Below, piece after piece: positions 28,051-37,618 of a stretch of 64,000 nt of DNA (position 1 is the stretch's first letter; the number at the start of each line of letters is the position of its first letter). This DNA is from an uncultured Thermodesulfobacteriota bacterium (GTDB lineage: Bacteria > Desulfobacterota > B13-G15). Both the position numbers and the translations under genes were made by a program. The notes beneath the pieces are model-generated. The model was not told the origin of the DNA. It made no database searches and was given only the letters and a program-made list of their open reading frames with translations. The DNA lies in assembly GCA_964611295.1 (NCBI GenBank), contig CAZSWV010000002.1, forward strand, positions 74,988 through 138,987, given 5' to 3'.

Positions 28051-29790
28051 TTAGTATTTATATCCTCTTGAAGTGACCATTTTCGATTTTTTTATAAAAG
28101 TTTGGGAATTGCCAACTATTATAGTAGTATCCATCTCTATAGGGTAATTTTCTAACTCTACTAAACTTGTTATCCAAAATTTACATCCCTCTCGGTATGC
28201 TTTTTTTACTATTGCAACAGGTGTATTGGGTTTTTTATATTGAAGCAAAATTTCCTTTATTTCTTTTATCCTATCACGATTTTTGCTTCGAGGGTTTAAC
28301 AAAACCAATACAAAATCTGCAGCAGCTGCTTTCCTAAGCCTATCTTCTATAAGCTCCCATGGGACTAAACGATCGGATAAGCTAATGACCGAAAAATCGC
28401 CAATCAAAGGGGCTCCTACTAGAGAAGCTGCTGCATTAATGCTAGAAATACCAGGTATTATTTCCACATCTATGGTATGATCTTCAAGTAACTCAAATAC
28501 AATTCCAGCCATCCCGTAAACACCAGGATCACCTGCACTTACAATGCTTACTATTTTACCGCTTGCAGCCTCTTCTAGCGCTCTTTTAGCTCTTTCTACT
28601 TCATGGGTCATGCCGTACACAAGAAGTTTTTTGTCTTTAATGATAGGTTCTATCAATTTAACATAAGTACTATATCCTATTACCACATCAGACTCCCTTA
28701 AAGCCTTTACAGCCTGTGGAGTAATAAGCTCTAAATCACCTGGTCCAATTCCCACCACATAAAGCTTACCTTTTGGCCTAAACGCAACTTCAGCTAAAGC
28801 AAAAGTGACGTGATCAAAAACCCTCTTAGGAGCTATTAATACTCCTCCACTTGCTAAAAGAGCTGCTTGCTCTGAGAGTGAATCTATTCCTATGGCCTTC
28901 TTCACCTTATCAGAAGAGCTAACAGATTTTACCTTTCTTAATTCCTCTTCTGAATAACCAAGGATTTCCACTTTCAAAGCTTCCTTCAAAGAAACAATAA
29001 CTGGATGTTGTACTTTGCGTCTAAGTGTCGCTATAGCCTTGATAGCTTCAGGTAAAACTCCTAAAGAATCCAGCCATTTCTGCAATGTGACTTTAACATA
29101 TTCTGGATTTACTAAATCGTGAAAACCTATCCCAACAAAAAGATTTTGGGGGACAAACTGTACTTTACTTTCTAACGAAACAAATTTACGATTAGAAATC
29201 AATATGTCGGCTTTTTCTGGGTCTTCCACTTCTTCTATACCTTTTGGTAAATTAATGTGAACTTTTTTATCGACAAACGCTAAAAGTTTTCCATTATTCA
29301 ATAACTTTTCTTGTATCGATGGTAACTTTGATTTATTAATTATACGGAACCCCAATTTTTTAGCCCAAAGATCTAAAGCTTCAACTTCCCATAGGTCAGA
29401 GGAAGTTGATATAACAACTTGTGCTCCCAATAAGGTAGATATCTCATTTGCCAAGTGATTTGCTCCTGCTAAATGTCCTCCGCAGAGTGGTATAACAAAA
29501 TTACCTTTTTCATCGATTACTAACACTGCAGGGTCTTTCTCTTTGTCATGAAGAAGGCGTGCTATGATACGAACTACAATCCCTGTAGCCATTACAAAGA
29601 TCAAGAAGTTATTTTGTTTCCATAAAGAGTCTACTAGTTTCGGTTCTAATCTCCTAACATTGGCATTAGGATAAAAAGGTCTTAATTTTTCTATCAATTT
29701 ATAACCGCGGTCACTTATGTAAATAAACACTATATTTCCCTTATCGTGCTTCATGTTTTTTATTCCCATAAAGTTTGGACCTTTTCCCAA
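28051..29790 (-). CDS. cbiGH: CbiG-CbiH fusion (cobalt-precorrin-5A hydrolase / precorrin-3B C17-methyltransferase)
   Basis: CbiG-like N-terminal portion of about 330 aa, then a tetrapyrrole methylase domain starting KLYVVGIGPGD. The start codon is uncertain (M1, M8 or M13). Confidence 0.8.
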   Translation of the reverse strand: MGKGPNFMGIKNMKHDKGNIVFIYISDRGYKLIEKLRPFYPNANVRRLEPKLVDSLWKQNNFLIFVMATGIVVRIIARLLHDKEKDPAVLVIDEKGNFVIPLCGGHLAGANHLANEISTLLGAQVVISTSSDLWEVEALDLWAKKLGFRIINKSKLPSIQEKLLNNGKLLAFVDKKVHINLPKGIEEVEDPEKADILISNRKFVSLESKVQFVPQNLFVGIGFHDLVNPEYVKVTLQKWLDSLGVLPEAIKAIATLRRKVQHPVIVSLKEALKVEILGYSEEELRKVKSVSSSDKVKKAIGIDSLSEQAALLASGGVLIAPKRVFDHVTFALAEVAFRPKGKLYVVGIGPGDLELITPQAVKALRESDVVIGYSTYVKLIEPIIKDKKLLVYGMTHEVERAKRALEEAASGKIVSIVSAGDPGVYGMAGIVFELLEDHTIDVEIIPGISSINAAASLVGAPLIGDFSVISLSDRLVPWELIEDRLRKAAAADFVLVLLNPRSKNRDRIKEIKEILLQYKKPNTPVAIVKKAYREGCKFWITSLVELENYPIEMDTTIIVGNSQTFIKKSKMVTSRGYKY

Positions 29791-30499
29791 AGGGTTCTTT
29801 TATTGCCTTTAAAGCTTCCCCGACGTATATAAGTGCTGTCCTTTTGATGGAATTTCTTTCAATAATCAGATCAAGCTCAGAAAGTTTTCCTAAGAAGACT
29901 TGTCCATCTGGCCAAGTTATTTTGTGCAGAACCGCTATCGGTGTGTCCCCCGGTAGTGTTTCTAACAAAGTTTCTTTGAGTGGTTTTACCAAAGAAGTGC
30001 TCAAGAAAAAGACCATGGTAGCCCTAAGTGAAGCTATTCGCTTTATTTCCTCTTTTGTAAGCCCTCCTGTATTTCCTTTAAACCTCAATAATATGACAGC
30101 TTCTGAAATCTCGGGTACCGTGAGTTCTACGGCCATAATCGCTGCTCCAGCCATGGCTGATGACACTCCAGGGATAACCTCATAAGGTATTCCCCTTGAT
30201 TTCAGCTCTTCCATCTGTTCTTGGATAGCGCTGTAAATACTCGGGTCACCGCTTACAAGCCTAACGACATCTTCACCCTTTTTAACGTGTTGTTCCATTA
30301 AATCAACTAACTCCTCCAAAGCCATCTTTGAAGAGTCAAAGAGCGTAGCTCTTATGCCCTTTATTATCTCAGGATTCAACAGACTACCAGGGTAGATGAC
30401 ACACGAAGCAGTTTCAAGAAGCCTCTTGGCTTTGACCGTTAGAAGCTCCGGATCTCCTGGACCCGCCCCTACGAAATATACTTTTCCTAACTTCTGCAC
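29741..30499 (-). CDS. cbiF: Cobalt-precorrin-4 C11-methyltransferase
   Basis: VYFVGAGPGDPELLTVKA and a CbiF-like length. Confidence 0.85.
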   Translation of the reverse strand: MQKLGKVYFVGAGPGDPELLTVKAKRLLETASCVIYPGSLLNPEIIKGIRATLFDSSKMALEELVDLMEQHVKKGEDVVRLVSGDPSIYSAIQEQMEELKSRGIPYEVIPGVSSAMAGAAIMAVELTVPEISEAVILLRFKGNTGGLTKEEIKRIASLRATMVFFLSTSLVKPLKETLLETLPGDTPIAVLHKITWPDGQVFLGKLSELDLIIERNSIKRTALIYVGEALKAIKEPFGKRSKLYGNKKHEAR

Positions 30500-31158
30500 T
30501 TTTTAACTACCACAAGAGAAAGGTAATCCTCGTCGTTATCTTCTAATGCCTCTAATCCCTCCCATATCTTTTGTTCGGGTAAGGTAGCCCTCTTAATGTA
30601 AAAAACCCTATAACGGTCAACGTCGATAAACTCCTTCAAATCCTTTATCTTACCTTTAACTTTTAAGAACACAAGGGTATCAAAATCGTTTATGTAAGTG
30701 CTTAAATTTTCACAGTATAAAACAGGGATAAGGGCAAGTTTTTCTTCACCTAGAACCAAAGGAAGTGGAATAGCACAAGCAGCAGCTGTAAAAGAACTAA
30801 CACCTGGTATTATTTCTACCGAAACTTTTTCCCTCAAATGATCGTAAATCCAAAAAAAAGTACAGTATAAGGAAGGATCGCCCAAGGTAACGTAAGTCCC
30901 TGTTTTAAAACGTTCTAACTCTTTAAGGATGACTTCCGAAGCCTTTGTAAGATGGACTTTTGGGTTTTGGGCCTTCATTGGAAATTCCAACAATACAACT
31001 TTTTGGCCTTTTAAAAATCCTCTTATGATCTCTAAAGCTCTACTATGCCCCTTTGTGGACGGACAAAAGACCACAGGGGCTTCTTCAAGGACCTTTCTGC
31101 CCTTAAGGGTTATAAGCTCAGGATCTCCCGGGCCTACCCCTACTACGTAAAGTTTCAC
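30487..31158 (-). CDS. cbiL: Cobalt-precorrin-2 C20-methyltransferase
   Basis: LYVVGVGPGDPELITLKG. The start forms an ATGA overlap with the upstream gene. Confidence 0.8.
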   Translation of the reverse strand: MKLYVVGVGPGDPELITLKGRKVLEEAPVVFCPSTKGHSRALEIIRGFLKGQKVVLLEFPMKAQNPKVHLTKASEVILKELERFKTGTYVTLGDPSLYCTFFWIYDHLREKVSVEIIPGVSSFTAAACAIPLPLVLGEEKLALIPVLYCENLSTYINDFDTLVFLKVKGKIKDLKEFIDVDRYRVFYIKRATLPEQKIWEGLEALEDNDEDYLSLVVVKKCRS

Positions 31159-32396
31159 CGTTTCCCCCTTATTACAAATACTGGGTTTAAAGCTTTAAAG
31201 CCCTTTTTGGTCCCAATGGGTTTGAGCCTAACTACGTTGACCTGCACCACATCGAGCTCGAAACCACATCCTTCAAAGCACTTTAAGGCTTCTGAAAAGG
31301 TCTCCACTGTCACAGCTGTAGTGACCACAACCTTAAGGCGTTCGATTTTGGTCAGTGTCCTTAATATTTCACCCAATTTTCCACCTGTCCCCCCTATGAA
31401 AACCCTATGTGGGGCTTCAAGCCCCATAAGGCATTCAGGAGCTTCACCTTTTATTACGATTAAATTGTCTAGACCAAACTTTTCCTTATTTTCCAACAAG
31501 GACTCAATGTCTCCCTTCTCAACAGCATAAACCTTAAGGGAGCGACTCAGTCTTGCCAACTCTACACTTATAGCTCCTGATCCAGCTCCTATGTCCCATA
31601 CTATACCCCTCCAAGGGGGTCTTAACTTATGGATGACAATAGCTCGTAACTCATCTTTCGTTATCATGCTCATTTTGTGATATATTTCGCTTTCCTCTAG
31701 ACCTATGATCGGTCCTCCAGGCTCTTCATGCGTTACGATTACAAAATGGGGATCTTCAATCTCCCACTTAAGGACCTCGTCTGCCGTTCCTTTCATCACC
31801 TTGAAATCGCTGTCCCCAAGCTTTTGGAATACAAAAAAAATGAGCCTTCCAGAAATAGTGTTTTTTAAAAAGTTTGCTAAGAACTTAGCATTTTTATTTG
31901 AGTCGGTAAGTACCGCCACTTTACCTTCTTCTTCCAAAACTCTTACTACTGCTTCTAGGGCAATTCCTTTGCCATGTAGACTTATAGTAGTTATACCGTG
32001 CCAGGGCTTTTTTATTATGCTAAGACCTATATTTAAACAAGAAACATCAGGCAAGATTTCGATTTTTTCCTCTCCTAACTCTTTAATAGCTTTTTCCGCT
32101 ATGCCAAAATACAAAGGATCCCCCGAAGCCAAAATTACAACATTTCCTTTGTGTAAAAAGGACGAAACTTTCGTGAAAAGCGTAGCTATATCTTGAACTT
32201 CGTACAGTTTGTTTTTTACTTTGTCATATTCCTTATACGATTTGAATATTTCATGTGAACGCGGAAGAGCAAAAATCACATCTGCCTCCTCAACGATTTT
32301 AAGAGCATCTCCGTCCAGAGGTTTGAAACCAATCCCTATGACAAAAACTTTATGTTTCTCTGTAACTAAGGAGATATATCTCCATGATGTATCCAT
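31155..32396 (-). CDS. cbiET: CbiE-CbiT fusion (cobalt-precorrin-6Y C5,C15-methyltransferase, decarboxylating; CobL-like)
   Basis: N-terminal tetrapyrrole methylase, then a C-terminal SAM methyltransferase with IVWDIGAGSGAISVE. Confidence 0.8.
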   Translation of the reverse strand: MDTSWRYISLVTEKHKVFVIGIGFKPLDGDALKIVEEADVIFALPRSHEIFKSYKEYDKVKNKLYEVQDIATLFTKVSSFLHKGNVVILASGDPLYFGIAEKAIKELGEEKIEILPDVSCLNIGLSIIKKPWHGITTISLHGKGIALEAVVRVLEEEGKVAVLTDSNKNAKFLANFLKNTISGRLIFFVFQKLGDSDFKVMKGTADEVLKWEIEDPHFVIVTHEEPGGPIIGLEESEIYHKMSMITKDELRAIVIHKLRPPWRGIVWDIGAGSGAISVELARLSRSLKVYAVEKGDIESLLENKEKFGLDNLIVIKGEAPECLMGLEAPHRVFIGGTGGKLGEILRTLTKIERLKVVVTTAVTVETFSEALKCFEGCGFELDVVQVNVVRLKPIGTKKGFKALNPVFVIRGKR

Positions 32397-33087
32397 GTTT
32401 TTCCCTCAAGGAACGTCTCAGTTTTATCAGTTGGTCTTTTACTTCGACCAACCTTCCTGAAAAAACCGTCTCTTTCTCGGTGCCAAGATAAGCCCCCCAA
32501 TAAATCCAAATATTTGGATCATTAATAAAGCGGAAACTTTCGTAGTTATCAAGAAATACAACGGTATTATCGCGGATTTCCTTTTTTTTCCTCATCACAC
32601 GCGGAGTGGTCAAAACGACTGATCCGGCTATATCGTTTAAGGATATTTTATGTTTAGCAGAAAGAAGCTGGATAGACGAAATTCCAGGAATTACTTCAAA
32701 ATGAATTGGTATAATTGTGGAAAGATAACGTAGTATCTCTATATAACCATCGTAAAGAGAAGGATCTCCTAAGACCAAAATACCAGCTTCTTCAATTTCT
32801 TGAATGGCACTTAATAACAATTTTGCTTTGTGTTTTCTCCATTCTTTAACCGAATCTACATAAGGCAACTCTGTTGGTCTCTGCCCGAAATCTAATCGTA
32901 TCAGTTCATAATCTTTTTGAGGACGTAAATGATTTAGGATTCTTTCTCGTAATAAAGTAAGGTGTTCCTTTTCACCCTTTTTATCAGGGATAATGAAATA
33001 CTGTAATTTTTTAATTAAGTCACAAGCTTCAAGGGTCAAATATTTAGGGTCACCTGGTCCTATGCCTATTATATAAACCTTCTTCAT
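32350..33087 (-). CDS. cobF: CobF-like precorrin-6A synthase (deacetylating) type tetrapyrrole methylase
   Basis: IIGIGPGDPKYLT at the N-terminus. The C-terminal motifs IYWGAYLGT...SGRLVEVKD...IMEIYLL are characteristic of CobF as far as I recall. Confidence 0.6.
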   Translation of the reverse strand: MKKVYIIGIGPGDPKYLTLEACDLIKKLQYFIIPDKKGEKEHLTLLRERILNHLRPQKDYELIRLDFGQRPTELPYVDSVKEWRKHKAKLLLSAIQEIEEAGILVLGDPSLYDGYIEILRYLSTIIPIHFEVIPGISSIQLLSAKHKISLNDIAGSVVLTTPRVMRKKKEIRDNTVVFLDNYESFRFINDPNIWIYWGAYLGTEKETVFSGRLVEVKDQLIKLRRSLREKHGYIMEIYLLSYRET

Positions 33088-33938
33088 TTTTCATTTATAG
33101 GAAATACGCCCTTCAAATGTTCTAACCAAATCCTTATTATCCTATTGCTCTCTGCAAGTCCTCTCAGCAGAGGTACTACTTTAAAACCTTCCTTTTCGAG
33201 TATGGACTTCCAACTGCTTGGATCTTCACCAGCCATGTCGTTTAAGACGTGATCTCCCGCAACAGCCATGAATGGTATGAGGTATACTTTCTTTACTTTA
33301 TTAATACGCAACTTGGGTATTATTTCCTCAAATTTAGGCCATCCTTCTACGGTAGCTAAAAATACGTTTGGGTCCTTTTGGTTAAGAACATAGGCTATTG
33401 CTACATACAAGTTGCCTGCGGGATGAGAGGTGCCATGTCCCATAAAAATGACACCATCTTTTGATGTCCTTTCCTTTGGGAGTTCCTCCAGGAGTATCTG
33501 AGCCACGTGTTCCAAATCTTCGTAAGAAGAGAGCAAAGGTGGAGAAACCACTATGTATTTCAACTTGTTTGACATCTTGGAAAACAATTCTGCGCTCCTC
33601 TTTAACTCATGGTATTCCTCACCGGGTATTACATGAAGGGATAATATTCCTATTTCTTCAACCCCTTCCTCTAGCATACGACAAAGGGCCATTTCAGGAG
33701 AGTCAACGTTAACCCCCTGCTCCCTTAGCTTTTCCCTGACCATCCTCGACGTATAGGCCCAACGGACGCTGGCCTCGGGGAATTCACCCTTAACCACTCG
33801 ATCCACCGCGTCGTAAACTTTTCTCGCTTCAGGAACACTGGTCCCAAAGGCAACGATCAATATGCCTTTTTTTGAGGTACTATGGCATATACCTATAACA
33901 CAAAGAACAAAAAAACTCACTATAACCAACACCCTCAT
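33084..33938 (-). CDS. cbiK: Sirohydrochlorin cobaltochelatase CbiK with an N-terminal signal peptide (periplasmic CbiK(P)-type)
   Basis: Hydrophobic leader MRVLVIVSFFVLCVIGICHS, then a CbiK fold with the metal-binding His residues. Confidence 0.75.
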   Translation of the reverse strand: MRVLVIVSFFVLCVIGICHSTSKKGILIVAFGTSVPEARKVYDAVDRVVKGEFPEASVRWAYTSRMVREKLREQGVNVDSPEMALCRMLEEGVEEIGILSLHVIPGEEYHELKRSAELFSKMSNKLKYIVVSPPLLSSYEDLEHVAQILLEELPKERTSKDGVIFMGHGTSHPAGNLYVAIAYVLNQKDPNVFLATVEGWPKFEEIIPKLRINKVKKVYLIPFMAVAGDHVLNDMAGEDPSSWKSILEKEGFKVVPLLRGLAESNRIIRIWLEHLKGVFPINEK

Positions 33939-33941
33939 ACT

Positions 33942-34547
33942 CTACCCCTCCTTTTGATTTTTAACAATTTTCAATAAAGCATTTACCACAGCAGCTGTTG
34001 CTGCTGATCCTCCTTTACGACTCAAGTTTGTTATAAATGGAAAATCTTGCTTACTTAAAATAATTTTGGCCTCCAACGCTTTAATGAAACCCACAGGCAT
34101 GCCTATTATTATTTTATCTTTTATCTTATTTACATTAAACAACTCAATTGCTGATAACAATGCAGTAGGCGAATTACCGATAGCGACAATTCCGATTTCC
34201 TGTCCTTTTTCAAAAAAAGCTACTCGTATAGCTTCTTCACACATAGTTCCAGAAGCAGTACTTACTTTATCAAGGTAGCATATAACCTCTATATCTGAGG
34301 ATAAATTTTTAGAAATACCTGCTTCAAGCATTTTTACGTCTACCAGAATTGCTTTTTTCTTTAATAGAGCATCTATGGCTACTGCAATTGCTTTGGGATG
34401 AAAGACCATAGTGTATCGGAATTCTGGATCGGCTGTGGCATGGATGACCCTTTTTATAATCTCTTTCTGTTCAAAAGGTATTCCTTCGAAATCAATTTCT
34501 CTTTCTATGAGTTCCAAGCTCTCTTTTTCTATTTGTTCACCACCCAT
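33942..34547 (-). CDS. cbiC: Cobalt-precorrin-8 methylmutase
   Basis: CbiC/CobH family features and length (201 aa). Confidence 0.8.
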   Translation of the reverse strand: MGGEQIEKESLELIEREIDFEGIPFEQKEIIKRVIHATADPEFRYTMVFHPKAIAVAIDALLKKKAILVDVKMLEAGISKNLSSDIEVICYLDKVSTASGTMCEEAIRVAFFEKGQEIGIVAIGNSPTALLSAIELFNVNKIKDKIIIGMPVGFIKALEAKIILSKQDFPFITNLSRKGGSAATAAVVNALLKIVKNQKEG

Positions 34548-34558
34548 GTGAAAAACTC

Positions 34559-35344
34559 CTAAAGGACATAGGGTACTATTACGGAAAACCCGTTGGTTTT
34601 TATGGAGTACACCTTTATCCCATAGACCTCTTCGATAAGATCTTCAGTTATGACTTCGGAAGGGGCTCCTTGTACCACGATTTCTCCTTTGTTTAATACC
34701 AAGACCCAATCGCCAAAAAACAGAGCCAAGTTCGGATCGTGTAAGCTAATTAAAACTCCTTTGCCCTCGTTATGTGAAAACTCCCTTATTTTAGACAAAA
34801 CCGTCCATTGGTTTTTAAAGTCCAAATGTGAAGTCGGCTCATCGAGTAGCACATAAGAAGCCCCTTGGGCAATGGCCCTTGCAAGGAGGGTCAATTGTCT
34901 TTCGCCTCCGCTTACCTTAGTATAGGTTTTTTCCCCCAAGTGCCCTATTCCAAGCATTTCCAAAGCCCTCTTGGCGATAAGAAGGTCTTTGTCTCCGGGG
35001 GTGGAGAAAACACCAAGGTGAGATACCCTCCCCATAAGTACGATTTCAAGGACTTTATAAGGAAAAGAAGGCTCGTGATCTTGTGGTACGTAGGAAATCC
35101 TTTTCGCCCTCTCCTTATAGGTTAAGGAGTTCACACTTTTACCATCTATCTTTATCGTCCCTTTTTGAGGTTTCCATATGCCTACAAGACATCTAAACAA
35201 GGTGCTTTTCCCAGAACCATTTGGGCCAAGTAAGACCGTGATTTCTCCTTTACGAACTCGGAAAGATACATCCCTCAGGATTTCCTGAGGTTGCCCCTTG
35301 TGTCTGAAAGTTAAGCCTTCAACTTCTAACATCAGCTTTCCCAA
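34559..35344 (-). CDS. ABC transporter ATP-binding protein, FepC/BtuD/HmuV type
   Basis: Walker A GPNGSGKST, signature LSGGERQ, Walker B LLDEPTSHLD. Confidence 0.88.
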   Translation of the reverse strand: MGKLMLEVEGLTFRHKGQPQEILRDVSFRVRKGEITVLLGPNGSGKSTLFRCLVGIWKPQKGTIKIDGKSVNSLTYKERAKRISYVPQDHEPSFPYKVLEIVLMGRVSHLGVFSTPGDKDLLIAKRALEMLGIGHLGEKTYTKVSGGERQLTLLARAIAQGASYVLLDEPTSHLDFKNQWTVLSKIREFSHNEGKGVLISLHDPNLALFFGDWVLVLNKGEIVVQGAPSEVITEDLIEEVYGIKVYSIKTNGFSVIVPYVL

Positions 35345-36333
35345 GTTTCTTTTCCCTTTTTCCTCATCAGATAAACGAAAAACGGAGCACCTGTAAGGGC
35401 CGTTATTATACCTACAGGAACGTCAAAACCCACAAAAGTCCTCGAAAGAGTATCTGCTCCTATCATAAAGGCGGCACCTCCAAATAACGAAAGAGGCAAA
35501 AGAACACTATGCTCTGGTCCAACCATCATCCTTACAATATGTGGCACCATTAACCCAACCCATCCAATAATTCCACATGTTGAAGTAGCAACAGCTACAG
35601 AAAAAGTCGAGAATAAGATAAATATCATCCGATCTCTCTTCACATTTACACCTAACGCATAAGCTTCTTCTTCTGAAAGACTCATTACGTTTAACCTCCA
35701 TCTCATAAGCACTATTGGCAATATTCCTACTATGGTTCCTATCAAAGCTATTTTAAAGTTACGCCAATCAGAAAGAGAAAAACTGCCCATTGTCCAAAAA
35801 ATTATACCTTGTAATTTATGGGGATCCACTAATATTTTTACAATAGAAACCAGAGCTGTGAAAAAAGCTGAAACTATTACACCTGAAAGCACCAATGGAA
35901 GTCTAGAAATTTCTTGTTGACTTTTTGCTACCATATAAGTAAGTGATACTGCTAAAAGTCCAAATATAAAAGCCATAGTTTGAACTGACCAAGATGGTAA
36001 AAACCCTATAGTTATAGCACATCCAAAAGCTGCTCCTGCTGAAATCCCTAAGATGTAAGGGTCGACCAAAGGATTCCGTAGCAGTCCTTGTAATACTGCC
36101 CCGGATCCTGCCAAAGAAGCCCCTACTGTTGCTGCCATTAATATTCGCGGTAGGCGTATATCTAAGATAATTGCCTTTTCTGGAATATTACTAATACCGT
36201 TATAGTTGGTGATTCCCTGGAATAATATCTTAATTACTGTAATTGGAGGGATATCATAAGTTCCTATAAAAAGGGAAAACAACCCTATTGCGAAGGGAGA
36301 AAGTATTATAAAGGACGTTTTAATCCTTTTCAT
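35332..36333 (-). CDS. FecCD-family ABC permease (BtuC/HmuU-like)
   Basis: Polytopic membrane protein with FecCD-type features. Confidence 0.85.
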   Translation of the reverse strand: MKRIKTSFIILSPFAIGLFSLFIGTYDIPPITVIKILFQGITNYNGISNIPEKAIILDIRLPRILMAATVGASLAGSGAVLQGLLRNPLVDPYILGISAGAAFGCAITIGFLPSWSVQTMAFIFGLLAVSLTYMVAKSQQEISRLPLVLSGVIVSAFFTALVSIVKILVDPHKLQGIIFWTMGSFSLSDWRNFKIALIGTIVGILPIVLMRWRLNVMSLSEEEAYALGVNVKRDRMIFILFSTFSVAVATSTCGIIGWVGLMVPHIVRMMVGPEHSVLLPLSLFGGAAFMIGADTLSRTFVGFDVPVGIITALTGAPFFVYLMRKKGKETWES

Positions 36334-37303
36334 ATGTTTTCACCTCTTGCCAAGATATGCTAAAAACCTTCTTGAAGAAAGCGTTCATTAGTTCTTGGAT
36401 TGTTGTACTTTCTATCCTTTCGAGGTGTAAATATTGATCCATCCACAAAGCCAATCCAATAATGGATGGTGACCATGTTTGTAGGTGGGGCATTCTGTAA
36501 ACCCTTTGGTTTTGTACTGCGCTGATCTTTTGCCATGCAGGATGTTTTAATATCCACTCTGGACCGTAACTTGTACTTCTCCAAAGGAATATAGTATCAG
36601 GATTCCATCCGATTATGCGTTCAAGGGAAACGTTTGCGTATTTTACTCCTAAGCCGCACGCTACATTTTCAGCGTTAAGGCACCTGAGCACGTCGTTAAT
36701 TATGCCTTGATCAGCGATTACCCGCGTTGGAGGATCGCTGAGGATGAGCACCCTTTTGTGGTTACCTTTTTTGTTTTCTAAATAGGACAGAAACCTCCTC
36801 ATCTCCATAATGATCTCCTTGGCTCTTTCTTCTTTTGCAAACAGCCTTCCGTGGACTTCTATAAGTTCAAAGAGGTCCTTTAATCCGTCAGGCCAGAAAG
36901 CCATGACTTTTATCCCTTTGTTTTCAAGGAATTGAAGAAGTTCGGGGTTGTTTGCCCACATGATGACTACGTCTGGGTTAAGTTGGGTTAGTTTTTCTAG
37001 ATCTATTTGCCATGGTGTTCCTATGATTGGCCTTCTCAAAGAAGGGTTTTTACGCAATAGAGCTTTAAAAACGGGAGAAAACTCGTAGGCATTTTGAGAT
37101 ATGCCTACCACGCGGTCCATTGCTCCAAGGGAACAAACGACCTCGTAGGTCATAGTAACCACGGCCCTTTTAACGGGGACTTCTAAGGTTATCCTTTTCC
37201 CTCTTGAGTCCCAAAAGGTCTCTTCTTTTCCCCAAAGCCGTCCATGGAAACTTGAGGCAATCAAGTACAATGCTGACAATAAGATGAAAGATTTGAGCCT
37301 CAT
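36320..37303 (-). CDS. Periplasmic substrate-binding protein (BtuF/HmuT-like)
   Basis: Signal peptide MRLKSFILLSALYLIASS. The start is re-called at ATG 37303, because the track's GTG start at 37336 lies inside the riboswitch terminator hairpin. Confidence 0.75.
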   Translation of the reverse strand: MRLKSFILLSALYLIASSFHGRLWGKEETFWDSRGKRITLEVPVKRAVVTMTYEVVCSLGAMDRVVGISQNAYEFSPVFKALLRKNPSLRRPIIGTPWQIDLEKLTQLNPDVVIMWANNPELLQFLENKGIKVMAFWPDGLKDLFELIEVHGRLFAKEERAKEIIMEMRRFLSYLENKKGNHKRVLILSDPPTRVIADQGIINDVLRCLNAENVACGLGVKYANVSLERIIGWNPDTIFLWRSTSYGPEWILKHPAWQKISAVQNQRVYRMPHLQTWSPSIIGLALWMDQYLHLERIESTTIQELMNAFFKKVFSISWQEVKTYEKD

Positions 37304-37304
37304 T

Positions 37305-37560
37305 AATAAAAAAACCCCACGTTTGTGGGGCTGCACCCGTTTTTCTCTTCGCCCCTTCCCCTATCCCTCGAGGGGATTAGGGTTATATGGTGGGCAGGTC
37401 TTCCGGCTCCCGGATCTTCCTACTCCCCGCACCTTCCCAGGGCCAGAGGCCCCAGTGGCCTACTGCGGGTTTCGTCCCCGGTCACGGCGGCGGGACCGCG
37501 GGGGATTTTCACCCCACTTCCCTTTTAAGCCCACAATGGGCACCCACCTATATTTTATTT
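37305..37560 (-). promoter_or_regulatory. Cobalamin (B12) riboswitch: aptamer at about 37405-37555, plus an expression-platform hairpin and U-tract at 37305-37330
   Basis: The minus-strand RNA reads GGUGCC...AAAAGGGAAGUGGGGUGAAAAUCCCCCGCGGUCCCGCC...AGGCCACUGG, which contains the B12 box GCCACUG. It is followed by CCCCACAAACGUGGGG and a U7 run just before the btuF ATG. The region is a GC-rich island in AT-rich DNA. Confidence 0.85.
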
Positions 37561-37618
37561 TCCCTCTCAATGAGTTTATGGTCAACAGTGTAGTCTTCTT
37601 GATAGAATCTTTTAGCTC

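Noticed and set aside
37334-37336. The GTG start of the btuF-like gene used by the ORF track (MQPHKRGVFLLM...).
   Set aside because: It lies inside the riboswitch terminator stem CCCCAC/GUGGGG and upstream of the U-tract. The downstream ATG at 37303 gives a normal signal peptide (MRLKSFILLSALYL...).
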